Virus record (IMG/VR): IMGVR_UViG_3300027714_000005
Strand: one strand, 5' to 3'
DNA: 64,000 nucleotides
From: a virus
Program-made: the position numbers and the translations under genes
In this document: piece after piece, positions 48,592 to 57,790 of the stretch
How positions within the stretch are numbered: the stretch's first letter is position 1
How the letters are laid out: each line of letters opens with the position of its first letter
Notes under the pieces: generated by a model
The model's database searches: none
What the model saw: only the letters and a program-made list of their open reading frames with translations
What the model was told of the DNA's origin: nothing

Positions 48592-49665
48592 ATGATGAGA
48601 ACTAAAGACATGAGAGGGTTGATGGAAGCAATATCTTCCGTTATGACTCCTCAAGTAACAATAGACGAAGCCCGTCAAATGAAAGACCCAAAGAAAGACT
48701 CTATGATTACTAAAGGTGGTAAGACCATCGTAATCGATAAGTCTAAAGAGAAAGAATACCTTGCAAAAGGTTGGACTCTTTCTGAGAAGAAGAAACTCGA
48801 CCCTGTAGACGATAAGGCAAACGATAAAGAATTTAAAGACCGTAAAGACAAAGACATCGATAACGATGGTGATGTTGATTCGTCTGATGAGTTCCTGCAC
48901 AAGAAACGTGCTGCAACGGATGATGCAATTGATGGTGGAGACAAACCCGCCAAGAATGCTAAACCTAAGAAGGAAGCAGTTGAAGACGAAGACGAAGACG
49001 GTAAGAAGAAGTCTAAGAAACCTAATCCATTCGCTAAGAAGAAAGACGATGGCGAAGAGAAGGATTCCGAAGATAAGTCTGAAGACGATTCTGATGATGA
49101 CGAAGAGAAAGAAGTGAAAGACCCTAAAGTTGCTGGTAAGAAAGATGACAAGAAGAAAGTCGCATCTAATGCCAAGACTGCTGAAATCTCTAAGATTGGT
49201 GAAGGTTACACCACTAACGAAGAAATCAGAGGACTAGCTGACGCAATCACAGAACTCCACAATATGTGGGAATCTGCCGCACGTAAGTCTAATGCAACCA
49301 AACCTGAAGAGATGGATTCTAAAGACTCTCCCAAGGCAAAAGAGTTTGCCAAGAAGTCTGGTAAAGGTTCTGAAGAAGTAAACAATGATATAGAAGATGC
49401 AAAAGTAAAATCTAAGTCTGCCGAAGATGCAACTAAAGCATCATCTGGTAAGCGTAATGTAGACAACACTCTCGGTGACAACAAGATTGTCAAGTCAACT
49501 GTTGCAGAAGACGCAGATAACGTTATTGCACAAGCACAAAACATCATTGATGGTAAGACCATGAGTGAGATTGCCGCAATGGAAGAACCTAAATCAAAGA
49601 ACCCGCATGATGCACGTACTAGAGAAGCACGTTCATTCCTACAACGTATGGCTAAGAGAGGGTAA
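48592..49665 (+). CDS. low-complexity K/D/E-rich putative prohead core/internal protein
   Basis: LDPV..DKDIDNDGDVDSSDEFLHKKR; multiple xxE sites; late promoter. Confidence 0.55.
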   Translation: MMRTKDMRGLMEAISSVMTPQVTIDEARQMKDPKKDSMITKGGKTIVIDKSKEKEYLAKGWTLSEKKKLDPVDDKANDKEFKDRKDKDIDNDGDVDSSDEFLHKKRAATDDAIDGGDKPAKNAKPKKEAVEDEDEDGKKKSKKPNPFAKKKDDGEEKDSEDKSEDDSDDDEEKEVKDPKVAGKKDDKKKVASNAKTAEISKIGEGYTTNEEIRGLADAITELHNMWESAARKSNATKPEEMDSKDSPKAKEFAKKSGKGSEEVNNDIEDAKVKSKSAEDATKASSGKRNVDNTLGDNKIVKSTVAEDADNVIAQAQNIIDGKTMSEIAAMEEPKSKNPHDARTREARSFLQRMAKRG

Positions 49666-49667
49666 TC

Positions 49668-49928
49668 ATGATACAGTTACTTGGAACAGAAGCTGCCTGT
49701 GGAGATTCCACAGGTACAGCATCAAACTTTAGTGGTGCATCACTTGTACGACTATACAACTCAACCACCTCTGACCATCTAGTAACACTGGAACAGACTG
49801 GTGGTACTGATATCGGAACACTTACCCTTACAGCAAAGGGTGTTGTTGAACTAAGAAAATTACCGACTGATAAAATCTTTGCTGCCAATGTTGGTGTCAA
49901 GGGTGTTGCAGTTGGATTCACTTACTAA
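49668..49928 (+). CDS. small beta-rich putative virion protein
   Basis: A..VRLYN...GT.TL.....K...D. Confidence 0.5.
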   Translation: MIQLLGTEAACGDSTGTASNFSGASLVRLYNSTTSDHLVTLEQTGGTDIGTLTLTAKGVVELRKLPTDKIFAANVGVKGVAVGFTY

Positions 49929-49944
49929 ATTATAGGAACACAAT

Positions 49945-50310
49945 ATGACTATTCAAGCTCCCGCATGGTGCGAAAACGCAGTACCGACAGCGAACGGTTG
50001 GACAGACCCACAGACTGGTGAAGTGTATTCTTCTGGACGATTCACCCCAGAACAGATTGCAGAGTTTCACGGTGTAACCGCACCACAGAAAGCACCAGAA
50101 GTACTGGTAGAAGTTCCGGTCAATGACTTTACAAAATCTCAGGGTCATTACAAAACTCCAACTATGTTAACTGAAGCACCTGTTGGTGGTAAGTCTCTTG
50201 ACGAGATGACTAAGATTGAACTTGAAGCACTAGGACGTACCCACGGTATCGAACTTGACCGCAGAAAGTCTAAGTCAGACCTTATTGACGAAGTAAAAGA
50301 CTTACTTTAA
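49945..50310 (+). CDS. protein with C-terminal Rho-N/HeH-like domain
   Basis: MTK.ELE.LGR.HGIELDRRKSK.DLI. Confidence 0.6.
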   Translation: MTIQAPAWCENAVPTANGWTDPQTGEVYSSGRFTPEQIAEFHGVTAPQKAPEVLVEVPVNDFTKSQGHYKTPTMLTEAPVGGKSLDEMTKIELEALGRTHGIELDRRKSKSDLIDEVKDLL

Positions 50311-50325
50311 ACAAACCCTAAGTAG

Positions 50326-50350
50326 AGGGGTATACTAAAATACCCCTTTT
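50326..50350 (+). terminator. Rho-independent terminator
   Basis: AGGGGTAT-actaaa-ATACCCCT-TTT. Confidence 0.65.
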
Positions 50351-50365
50351 ACTTGGAATTACATA

Positions 50366-50734
50366 ATGTTGCAACTCACTAAAGACAACCTTACTCTATA
50401 CGCTGCACAACACTATGTCAATCCCCTGTGTATTGATAGTGAAGAGTTCTTCGAAGACCTCAAGAAATTCAAGTACGTAAAACGGTTACTCAATCGTTAT
50501 AGAGACACGGGTGTATTATCCGAACGTCTCATACTCAACCATCTAATAGTAATATTCAACGTGTTTGGATACCAAGCAGGATTAGACATCCTTGAATTAA
50601 AGGTAGAACTCGAACACTGGGGTACACTCAAACCATTCCTTATATTCCTCAAGGCAATCAACAACACCGAATATACCAATATAGAAATGGATAAGGTTGT
50701 TGTCGAATCACTCCGAGCGATAACAGACAAATAA
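50366..50734 (+). CDS. conserved T4-like hypothetical protein
   Basis: Y.NP.C...EEF.EDL..FKY.KRL..RY...G.L.ERLILNH. Confidence 0.75.
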   Translation: MLQLTKDNLTLYAAQHYVNPLCIDSEEFFEDLKKFKYVKRLLNRYRDTGVLSERLILNHLIVIFNVFGYQAGLDILELKVELEHWGTLKPFLIFLKAINNTEYTNIEMDKVVVESLRAITDK

Positions 50735-50757
50735 ATTAAAAACATTTGAATTTAAGG

Positions 50758-50765
50758 TATAAATA
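50758..50765 (+). promoter_or_regulatory. gp55 late promoter
   Basis: TATAAATA before ATG 50771. Confidence 0.7.
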
Positions 50766-50770
50766 GTATT

Positions 50771-51391
50771 ATGGGAATATTAAAAACAGCAGCAGACTTA
50801 GTATACACGATTCGGTTCTTGAAACTGTTAGTCACTCCGATTGAGAACACTGACGCATTCAAGAAAGGTATTGTTGATATAAACGGTAAACGTAAGAAGG
50901 AATTCAATACGAATAGTACTGATGACCGTGATGCGTATCGTTCACACTATACACCTTTCCACCGACTTGTATTCAACCTCAAGAAGATCATGGCGAAAGC
51001 ACCAGGCGGTTCGTCTGTGATTGCACGTTATGGTGCCGCACTCGCACTCATTAAAGAACACGGTGAACTGTCTGATAAGAATCTAGACAGGATACACAAT
51101 GCCACTGGTATCGATATTTTGGATTGTCTTGCAGAAGACTCTCAGTGGTTTATGATTGAGAACAAAGAACTATCCCACGGCATCTATCGCATGAAATACG
51201 ATACTGTCACCGCAAACTCCGCTGGGAATACGATACAATGCGAAGATGTTGTTAAGAAAGATGACAAGGTACGAATATGTCTGGGTCATCAAGAACCTAT
51301 TATGGAAGTATTAGGTATTGACATCTATAAAGGAATACACCTGAACTCTAACCAGTGGGTGTATTTCACAACCGGAGAAATAGTTCGATGA
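50771..51391 (+). CDS. conserved T4-like hypothetical protein
   Basis: D.VYT.RFLKLLVTP...AFK.GI.D.NG...YT.FHRLVFN.K. Confidence 0.72.
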   Translation: MGILKTAADLVYTIRFLKLLVTPIENTDAFKKGIVDINGKRKKEFNTNSTDDRDAYRSHYTPFHRLVFNLKKIMAKAPGGSSVIARYGAALALIKEHGELSDKNLDRIHNATGIDILDCLAEDSQWFMIENKELSHGIYRMKYDTVTANSAGNTIQCEDVVKKDDKVRICLGHQEPIMEVLGIDIYKGIHLNSNQWVYFTTGEIVR

Positions 51392-51558
51392 GAAATTTCA
51401 ATAAGTTTTATGAGGAGATGACCAGTGTTGGTTCAGTGGCCGGTCTTACTGGCGAACCTCCTGTTCATCTAAAGAAGAAGAAGAAGAAGAAACCCGATGT
51501 TGTAAAACGGTTCATGGCTAATCGTAAAGAACACAAGGGTGTAACGCATAGGAAGTAA
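51388..51558 (+). CDS. small basic protein with capsid-targeting-like leader
   Basis: MRNFNKFYEE...VAGL..EPPV..KKKKK. Confidence 0.55.
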   Translation: MRNFNKFYEEMTSVGSVAGLTGEPPVHLKKKKKKKPDVVKRFMANRKEHKGVTHRK

Positions 51559-51561
51559 ATT

Positions 51562-52020
51562 ATGTTAAGTGGATTATTAGGTAGTCTGTTAGGATTTGGT
51601 GGTTCTGTTGTACCCGCAATCACCGGACACTTTCAAAAGAAGTCGGACAACAAGTTCGAACTCCAGAAGATGGAGAAAATGGCAGAACTCCGTGCAAAGG
51701 GTTTTGACCATGAAGTCAAGATGTATGAACAGCAGGGTGCGGATAAAGAGCATGACCGTCTGATTCAACACGACATTTCAATCAACCAAGGTACAGGTAT
51801 CATTGCAGGTCTACAGAAATCTGTACGTCCAGTAATTACATACGCATTCTTCGGTCTGTTCGTTACAATCGAGATTGCACTTCTAAGGGAAGCACTGGAT
51901 AGTGGTTTGCCACTTGCAGATTCTCTGGGACTATTGTGGGATGGTGACACCAAGGCAATCTTTGCCGCTATCATATCGTTCTGGTTCGGTTCTCGCGCCA
52001 TAGACAAACAACGAAAATAA
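51562..52020 (+). CDS. putative holin (3TM GTA-holin-like)
   Basis: SVRPVITY...AII.FWFG.R. Confidence 0.65.
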   Translation: MLSGLLGSLLGFGGSVVPAITGHFQKKSDNKFELQKMEKMAELRAKGFDHEVKMYEQQGADKEHDRLIQHDISINQGTGIIAGLQKSVRPVITYAFFGLFVTIEIALLREALDSGLPLADSLGLLWDGDTKAIFAAIISFWFGSRAIDKQRK

Positions 52021-52033
52021 ATTTCAAATAAGC

Positions 52034-52104
52034 TTGACTATACCCCTTAATTGGGGTATAATACACCAATTGAAAAATCTAAGGGGTATATATAATACTA
52101 CCCC
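52034..52104 (+). promoter_or_regulatory. nrdAB promoter with inverted repeats
   Basis: TTGACT-17-TATAAT overlapped by TATACCCC-N6-GGGGTATA; second IR GGGGTA-N10-TACCCC enclosing TATATATA. Confidence 0.7.
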
Positions 52105-52128
52105 CCAGAATAACTATACTTATGGAAA

Positions 52129-54120
52129 GTGAAAATGCCCCTCAAAATTGACAAGAAGAAAGACTCCCTACTAGAAGAATACGCAGTTGGGATGTTAAAA
52201 GATTTTTATTTAAATGATAATGAAAAAAGTCCTCAAGAGGGGTTCGCAAGAGCATCACAAGCATGGAGTAAGTACCGAGATGAAATGGACGATGAGTTAG
52301 CTCAACGTCTATACAATTACGTCTCTAATAAATGGTTCATGTTCGCATCACCTGTACTATCTAATGCACCTAGTGGTGATAAGAAAGGCAAAGGTATGCC
52401 TATCAGTTGTTTCCTTACCTATGTACCCGACACACTAGAAGGTCTGATTGGACACTCATCCGAGTTAAGATGGTTATCCGTCATGGGTGGTGGTGTAGGC
52501 GGTCATTGGTCTGATGTAAGAACTGTATCTGATATTGCGCCTGGCCCAATGCCGTTCCTTCATACTGTTGACGCAGATATGATTGCGTACCGTCAAGGTA
52601 AGACTCGCAAGGGTTCCTATGCGGCATACATGGATGTGAGTCATCCAGACATCATCGAATTCTTAAATATGCGTGTACCTACGGGTGACGTACAACGTAA
52701 AGCATTGAACCTACACAATGCTATCAATATTACTGATGAGTTCATGGAAGCGGTTACTAGTGGTAACACGTTCGACCTACGTGACCCCAAGGACGGTTCT
52801 GTCAAAGAATCTGTCAATGCACGTAAGTTATGGGAACGTATCCTAGAGACACGATTCCGTACTGGTGAACCGTACATGAACTTCATTGACACCGCAAACG
52901 CATCGTTACCCCAACCACTGAAAGATAAAGGATTGAAAATACATGGCTCTAATCTATGCAATGAGATACATTTACCCACAGATGCACAACGCACTGCCGT
53001 TTGTTGTCTGTCTTCTCTAAATCTGGAATACTACGATGACTGGAAAGATACCAGTATTGTTCGTGACATTATCCGTATGTTGGATAACGTCTTGCAGTAC
53101 TTCATTGACAATGCACCCGACACAATTTCACGTGCAAGGTTTAGTGCCTCCCGTGAACGTAGTATCGGACTTGGTGCAATGGGATTCCACTCACTATTAC
53201 AGAAACATGGAGTGGCATGGGAATCTGAAGCAGCACGAGAAATCAACAAAGTCGTGTTCCGTCATATTCAAGACGAAGCTATCCGAGAAACCGAGTTACT
53301 CGCCACCGAACGTGGAGAGTATCCAGACGGTGAAGGGAGTGGTAGACGTAATTCTCACCTTCTTGCAATCGCTCCAAATGCGTCAAGTGGTGTTATCCTG
53401 TCAACCTCCCCGTCCATCGAACCACTGAAGGCGAATGCATACACCCACAGAACACGTGCGGGTTCATTCCTTGTAAAGAATAAATACCTTGACCAATTAC
53501 TTACTGATAAGGGTCAGAACAACGAGTCCAACTGGACATCGATTATCACTAACAAAGGTTCGGTACAACATCTACCATTCTTCACAGAAGGTGAGAAGGC
53601 AATCTTTAGGACTGCCGCAGAGTTGGACATGAACTGGGTTGTTACCCATGCGGCAGAGAGACAACCGTTTATCTGTCAGGGTCAATCCGTTAACTTGTTC
53701 TTCCCGTCTGGTGCGGACAAGTCATATGTAAACAAGGTACACATAAAAGCATGGAAAGAAGGACTTAAAGGTCTGTATTACCTACGCACAGAAGCAAAAC
53801 AAAGAGCAGAGAATGTATCTGAGAAGGTAGAACGTGTGGCACTTGCGGGTGATATGCGTAGTATAGTCTATAGTAAAGCAGACTGTCCTTTCTGTTCAAT
53901 GGCAATGGAAGAACTGAAGTTGAGAGGAATACCTTATGATAAGATAGACCTCAAAGAAATCGGTAAGACTGCAAAAGAAGTAACAGGACGAGATGTTAAG
54001 ACAGTCCCCCAAATCTATATTGAAGGTGAGTATGTAGGTGGATATGAAGACTTAATGGAATATTTAAATAAACCAATAGAGACAAGCGAAGACGATGAAT
54101 GTCGCGCTTGTGAGGGATAA
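52129..54120 (+). CDS. nrdA: class I ribonucleotide reductase alpha subunit with fused glutaredoxin
   Basis: PISCF, SNLCNEI, IAPNASS, LYYLR; Grx CPFC/TVPQI/VGG; terminal CRAC; no ATP cone. Confidence 0.95.
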   Translation: MKMPLKIDKKKDSLLEEYAVGMLKDFYLNDNEKSPQEGFARASQAWSKYRDEMDDELAQRLYNYVSNKWFMFASPVLSNAPSGDKKGKGMPISCFLTYVPDTLEGLIGHSSELRWLSVMGGGVGGHWSDVRTVSDIAPGPMPFLHTVDADMIAYRQGKTRKGSYAAYMDVSHPDIIEFLNMRVPTGDVQRKALNLHNAINITDEFMEAVTSGNTFDLRDPKDGSVKESVNARKLWERILETRFRTGEPYMNFIDTANASLPQPLKDKGLKIHGSNLCNEIHLPTDAQRTAVCCLSSLNLEYYDDWKDTSIVRDIIRMLDNVLQYFIDNAPDTISRARFSASRERSIGLGAMGFHSLLQKHGVAWESEAAREINKVVFRHIQDEAIRETELLATERGEYPDGEGSGRRNSHLLAIAPNASSGVILSTSPSIEPLKANAYTHRTRAGSFLVKNKYLDQLLTDKGQNNESNWTSIITNKGSVQHLPFFTEGEKAIFRTAAELDMNWVVTHAAERQPFICQGQSVNLFFPSGADKSYVNKVHIKAWKEGLKGLYYLRTEAKQRAENVSEKVERVALAGDMRSIVYSKADCPFCSMAMEELKLRGIPYDKIDLKEIGKTAKEVTGRDVKTVPQIYIEGEYVGGYEDLMEYLNKPIETSEDDECRACEG

Positions 54121-54125
54121 GACAG

Positions 54126-55112
54126 ATGGCACTACTAGAATTTAGCAAAACATACAAACCATTCAAGTTTCCGTGGGCCGTAGAACTGACCAAGAAACAT
54201 GAAGAGATTCACTGGACAGAGGATGAGGCAGATTTATCTGAAGACATCCAAGATTGGAAACTTAAACTTTCTACACAGGAAAAGGAATTCATTACTCAGG
54301 TACTACGATTGTTCACACAGTCGGACGTACAGGTTGGTGAGAACTACCATGAGTTGATGATACCCAAGTTTAAGAACAACGAGATACGCAATATGTTATC
54401 CTCGTTCGCAAACCGTGAAGGTGTACACCAACGTGCGTATGCTCTACTGAATGATACCCTTGGTCTACCAGACGAAGAACATTCTGCCTTTATGGAATAC
54501 AAAGAGATGGCAGACAAGATTGACTTTATGAAAGAGGGTGACATTCACTCTCATACAGGACTGGCACTAGTACTCGCACAGTCTGTATTCAACGAAGGTA
54601 TGTCTCTGTTCGCATCATTTGTTATGTTACTGAACTTCCAACGTTTCGGTAAGATGAAAGGTATGGGTACTATTGTTGAGTGGTCTATACGTGACGAGAC
54701 AATGCACGTACAGGGTAACGCAAAGCTGTACCGTGAGTTCTGCGAAGAACATCCACGTATCGTTAACGATGAGTTGAAGTCTAAGATTTACGAGATGGCA
54801 AAGAATGCTGTCAAGTTAGAAGAACGATTCATTCACCTTGCATACCAGTCTGGTGAGATTGAAGGACTATCAGAGAATGACGTTAAACAATACATTCGAC
54901 ACATTGCTGATCGTAGACTACTACAACTTGGTATGAAACCTAAGTTCGGTGTGAAGGACAATCCACTACCGTGGTTGGACTGGGTACTGAATGGTGCGTC
55001 ACACGACAACTTCTTTGAGAAGAGAGTCACCGAGTATTCTGTAAATGGTATGGAAGGTGACTGGGGTTGGGACGAAGAACCTCCTGTGCGTGATGTTGCC
55101 AGTTACGTATGA
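54126..55112 (+). CDS. nrdB: class I ribonucleotide reductase beta subunit
   Basis: EGVHQRAY, EG..LF, RDETMH, NFFEKRVTEY. Confidence 0.95.
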   Translation: MALLEFSKTYKPFKFPWAVELTKKHEEIHWTEDEADLSEDIQDWKLKLSTQEKEFITQVLRLFTQSDVQVGENYHELMIPKFKNNEIRNMLSSFANREGVHQRAYALLNDTLGLPDEEHSAFMEYKEMADKIDFMKEGDIHSHTGLALVLAQSVFNEGMSLFASFVMLLNFQRFGKMKGMGTIVEWSIRDETMHVQGNAKLYREFCEEHPRIVNDELKSKIYEMAKNAVKLEERFIHLAYQSGEIEGLSENDVKQYIRHIADRRLLQLGMKPKFGVKDNPLPWLDWVLNGASHDNFFEKRVTEYSVNGMEGDWGWDEEPPVRDVASYV

Positions 55113-55234
55113 TCGACTTTGAACCTGAAACATACGAATTGGACTGTGGTGTATGTGAATCACATACCGAAGTACTTGTGGTGAACAGTGAGGAGGAACC
55201 TCAGTACTGTCCTATGTGTGGTACACCAATATAA
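55109..55234 (+). CDS. 41-aa zinc-ribbon protein
   Basis: Read manually: CGVC...YCPMCG. Confidence 0.65.
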   Translation: MIDFEPETYELDCGVCESHTEVLVVNSEEEPQYCPMCGTPI

Positions 55235-55253
55235 CCTAGTTATATATAACTTC

Positions 55254-55670
55254 ATGTGGATATATGAAGATAAAGAGTTTGAACCAGAAGACGAGTTCTT
55301 GGAGCAATTCCAAGGATTCGTGTACTGCTTGACTGAGTTAAGTACTGGTAAAAAGTATATCGGTAAGAAATTCTTCTGGAAACCCAAGATACTCCCTGTT
55401 ACAAAAACGAGAAAGAGACGTAAACGAACACGAGTCCAATCGGACTGGCGTAAGTACTATGGTTCCTCGGAAAGTGTAAAAACCCTTGTTGAAGGTGGCC
55501 AGAACTTCAGGAGAGAGGTTCTCAGACTATGTCACACCAAAGGTGACTGTTCATACTACGAAGCAAAACTACAGTTCCAATACGATGTTCTATTGAGTGA
55601 CGAATACTTTAACGAATTTATAGGGTGTAAAATTCATGCAAAACACATTAGACCGAAAATTAATAAATAA
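55254..55670 (+). CDS. GIY-YIG endonuclease (EndoII/DenA-like)
   Basis: GFVY...KKYIGKK, SDW..YYGS, E...Q..Y.N. Confidence 0.85.
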   Translation: MWIYEDKEFEPEDEFLEQFQGFVYCLTELSTGKKYIGKKFFWKPKILPVTKTRKRRKRTRVQSDWRKYYGSSESVKTLVEGGQNFRREVLRLCHTKGDCSYYEAKLQFQYDVLLSDEYFNEFIGCKIHAKHIRPKINK

Positions 55671-56574
55671 AGATATTGGTTATATCGGATTTGGAGAAGG
55701 GGTTCCCCTGACCTATGATGACCTGTGTGTTAGAATCAATAGAGTAAAACACGCATTACTCCAACGAGGCGTACAGAAGAATGATATTGTTAGAATCGAC
55801 TGTCTCTCAGCAAACCCCGATTCTGTTGCTTCATTCTTTGCTGTTGCTGAGTTAGGTTGTAATACACCTTTATTGTATGACAACTTATGGGCCAGTACTG
55901 ATCATTACATGAACAAGGAAAATATTCTCCCAGACCCAGAAAACACGTGGGAGAACATCAGGGATAAAGAGTTTCGATTGTCAGATATGCTCACCCCCAT
56001 CGCACAGGGAATGACTAAGGGTGATATCATGGGTGGTATTGGAAACAAATACCACTATGCAGCGGGTTCGTTTGGTAGAGAAGTTATAACGATAAACTAC
56101 TCCGAGTTTGTGGATATGCCCGACCATGATATTGAACCACCGTGGGACGTGACCGAGAATGATTTATTTGGTTTGCAGACCTTTAATAGTTTAGTATATC
56201 CAATAACACAGAAAGAGATTGTTGATAAGGCACGTGACTGTATCGACATCTTTGGTTATGCGGGAAAGAAGGTTGTGATTACTAAGAGTCAACACCATCA
56301 AAACTCTTTTGAGTTGTGTATCCTTCCCGCACTAATGTCTGCTCGTAGAATTTTCGAAATACCAGTGCCGGATTCGTACACCGATTTGGATGAAAATGTT
56401 AATGCGATTACGGATAGACTGAGACGAACGTGCACTCTGATGATGAAGAGAAACGGAGTTGACCTTGTCTGGGGTGTGTCGGAAGAGTTTCACGCAAAGG
56501 GTTTGACATACATTAGTGCTCAAGGAAACGACTGTACGGATGTAAACTCAAGGCCGACTTGTCATGTTAATTAA
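55636..56574 (+). CDS. degenerate AMP-binding (ANL-fold) protein
   Basis: LTYDDL..R..R....L...GV...D.V; HH..S.....PALM; P-loop absent. Confidence 0.5.
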   Translation: MQNTLDRKLINKDIGYIGFGEGVPLTYDDLCVRINRVKHALLQRGVQKNDIVRIDCLSANPDSVASFFAVAELGCNTPLLYDNLWASTDHYMNKENILPDPENTWENIRDKEFRLSDMLTPIAQGMTKGDIMGGIGNKYHYAAGSFGREVITINYSEFVDMPDHDIEPPWDVTENDLFGLQTFNSLVYPITQKEIVDKARDCIDIFGYAGKKVVITKSQHHQNSFELCILPALMSARRIFEIPVPDSYTDLDENVNAITDRLRRTCTLMMKRNGVDLVWGVSEEFHAKGLTYISAQGNDCTDVNSRPTCHVN

Positions 56575-57790
56575 CCGTAATATGGTAGGTCTACATGGAC
56601 GTGGCATTGTCTTTGATAAAGGCAGAGGATTGTCTGAACTACATGAGAAGATAGATTCGGTAAAGACTCTGTTGAGTAATGTTGGTGCGAACAAGGGTGA
56701 CCTAGTCACCATTGCTATTATGGAGGTAGACCTTACACATATCGCATCGATCTTTGCGTGTGGTGAATTAGGACTGAGAATCTTTATCTTAGATAGTCCT
56801 GCGACCAGAGAGTCTCTCCCGTTTACCAAACTTGCTTTACACGGGCCATCCGACTACTACCTCTACAGTACTCAAGAAGATACCGAGAATATATACAACG
56901 GTCTTCACGATGAGATGTTGGGACGTTATGGTGGTCTTGGTATTGACGCAACAGCACAACCAGATTACCTAGACTTTCCAAATGTTGAAGTGTTACCAAC
57001 AGACCCATTCTTGGTAAGTTCTACATCTGGAACCACCGGCCCGAGTAAACCCATCACTTTCTCACACCAAGAAGTCTATGACATATCCAAACGTAATATT
57101 AACGTGTTTTGGTTTGGACATGATGCCAAGGTGGTACATTCCAGAAACCTACACCATGCATCCGCAATATTGACTCACCTGTTTCCCGCACTGATGAATG
57201 CGTACTCACACAGTTCATTTGCGATTGGACACGACCTGAGTGCTGATGAAGATGCTGACCGGATGGTAGGTCTCAAAGACTTACTGAGAGAACCTCCATC
57301 CAATATTATGATACCCAACAAGGAAGAACTCTATGATTTCTTAGAGACATTTGGGGGTGCATTCCGTAATACAGTCAATATCAATATGTGTGGATTCGTA
57401 CTGGACGAGGAGTTTGTTGACCTTGCGAGAGAATACAATGTTTGTTTCCAGTCACATTTTGGTAGTATTGATACTGCTATACCATTGTTTATAAACCGTG
57501 TGGACAAGGACTCAATCGTCATTCCCAATTCACTAGGGGTACTATGTGATGACTTTTACAAGACAACCCTTGAGAATGGACGTATGAAGGTAGAACACCC
57601 CCTCTGGGACGCACCAAGGTACATTGACGATGATCTTATGATATTTGACGGACAGTATATTCTAATGAGTTCTCGTGATGTTGATGTCAACCTACCAGAT
57701 GGATTTGACATATCACCGTTCTTTCAAGACACCAAAATTAATTACGAACAACTAAGAGGGCACTTAAATGTTATTGCTAAACGGGTGTAG
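56564..57790 (+). CDS. AMP-binding (acyl-CoA synthetase-like) protein
   Basis: SSTSGTTGPSKP...SH (A3), HFGSID (A5-like); short C-terminus. Confidence 0.7.
   Translation: MLINRNMVGLHGRGIVFDKGRGLSELHEKIDSVKTLLSNVGANKGDLVTIAIMEVDLTHIASIFACGELGLRIFILDSPATRESLPFTKLALHGPSDYYLYSTQEDTENIYNGLHDEMLGRYGGLGIDATAQPDYLDFPNVEVLPTDPFLVSSTSGTTGPSKPITFSHQEVYDISKRNINVFWFGHDAKVVHSRNLHHASAILTHLFPALMNAYSHSSFAIGHDLSADEDADRMVGLKDLLREPPSNIMIPNKEELYDFLETFGGAFRNTVNINMCGFVLDEEFVDLAREYNVCFQSHFGSIDTAIPLFINRVDKDSIVIPNSLGVLCDDFYKTTLENGRMKVEHPLWDAPRYIDDDLMIFDGQYILMSSRDVDVNLPDGFDISPFFQDTKINYEQLRGHLNVIAKRV

Noticed and set aside
48675-49562. Ser/Phe/Leu-rich minus-strand ORFs (166 and 118 aa)
   Set aside because: Antisense shadows of the K/D/E-rich plus-strand gene; the same applies to the other minus-strand ORFs, none of which shows a recognisable motif
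52042-52057. NrdR box
   Set aside because: Palindromic but a poor match to the central NrdR consensus; kept only as an unexplained inverted repeat
55254-55670. Mobile homing endonuclease
   Set aside because: Catalytic domain only, no DNA-binding repeats, and located after nrdB like T4 denA
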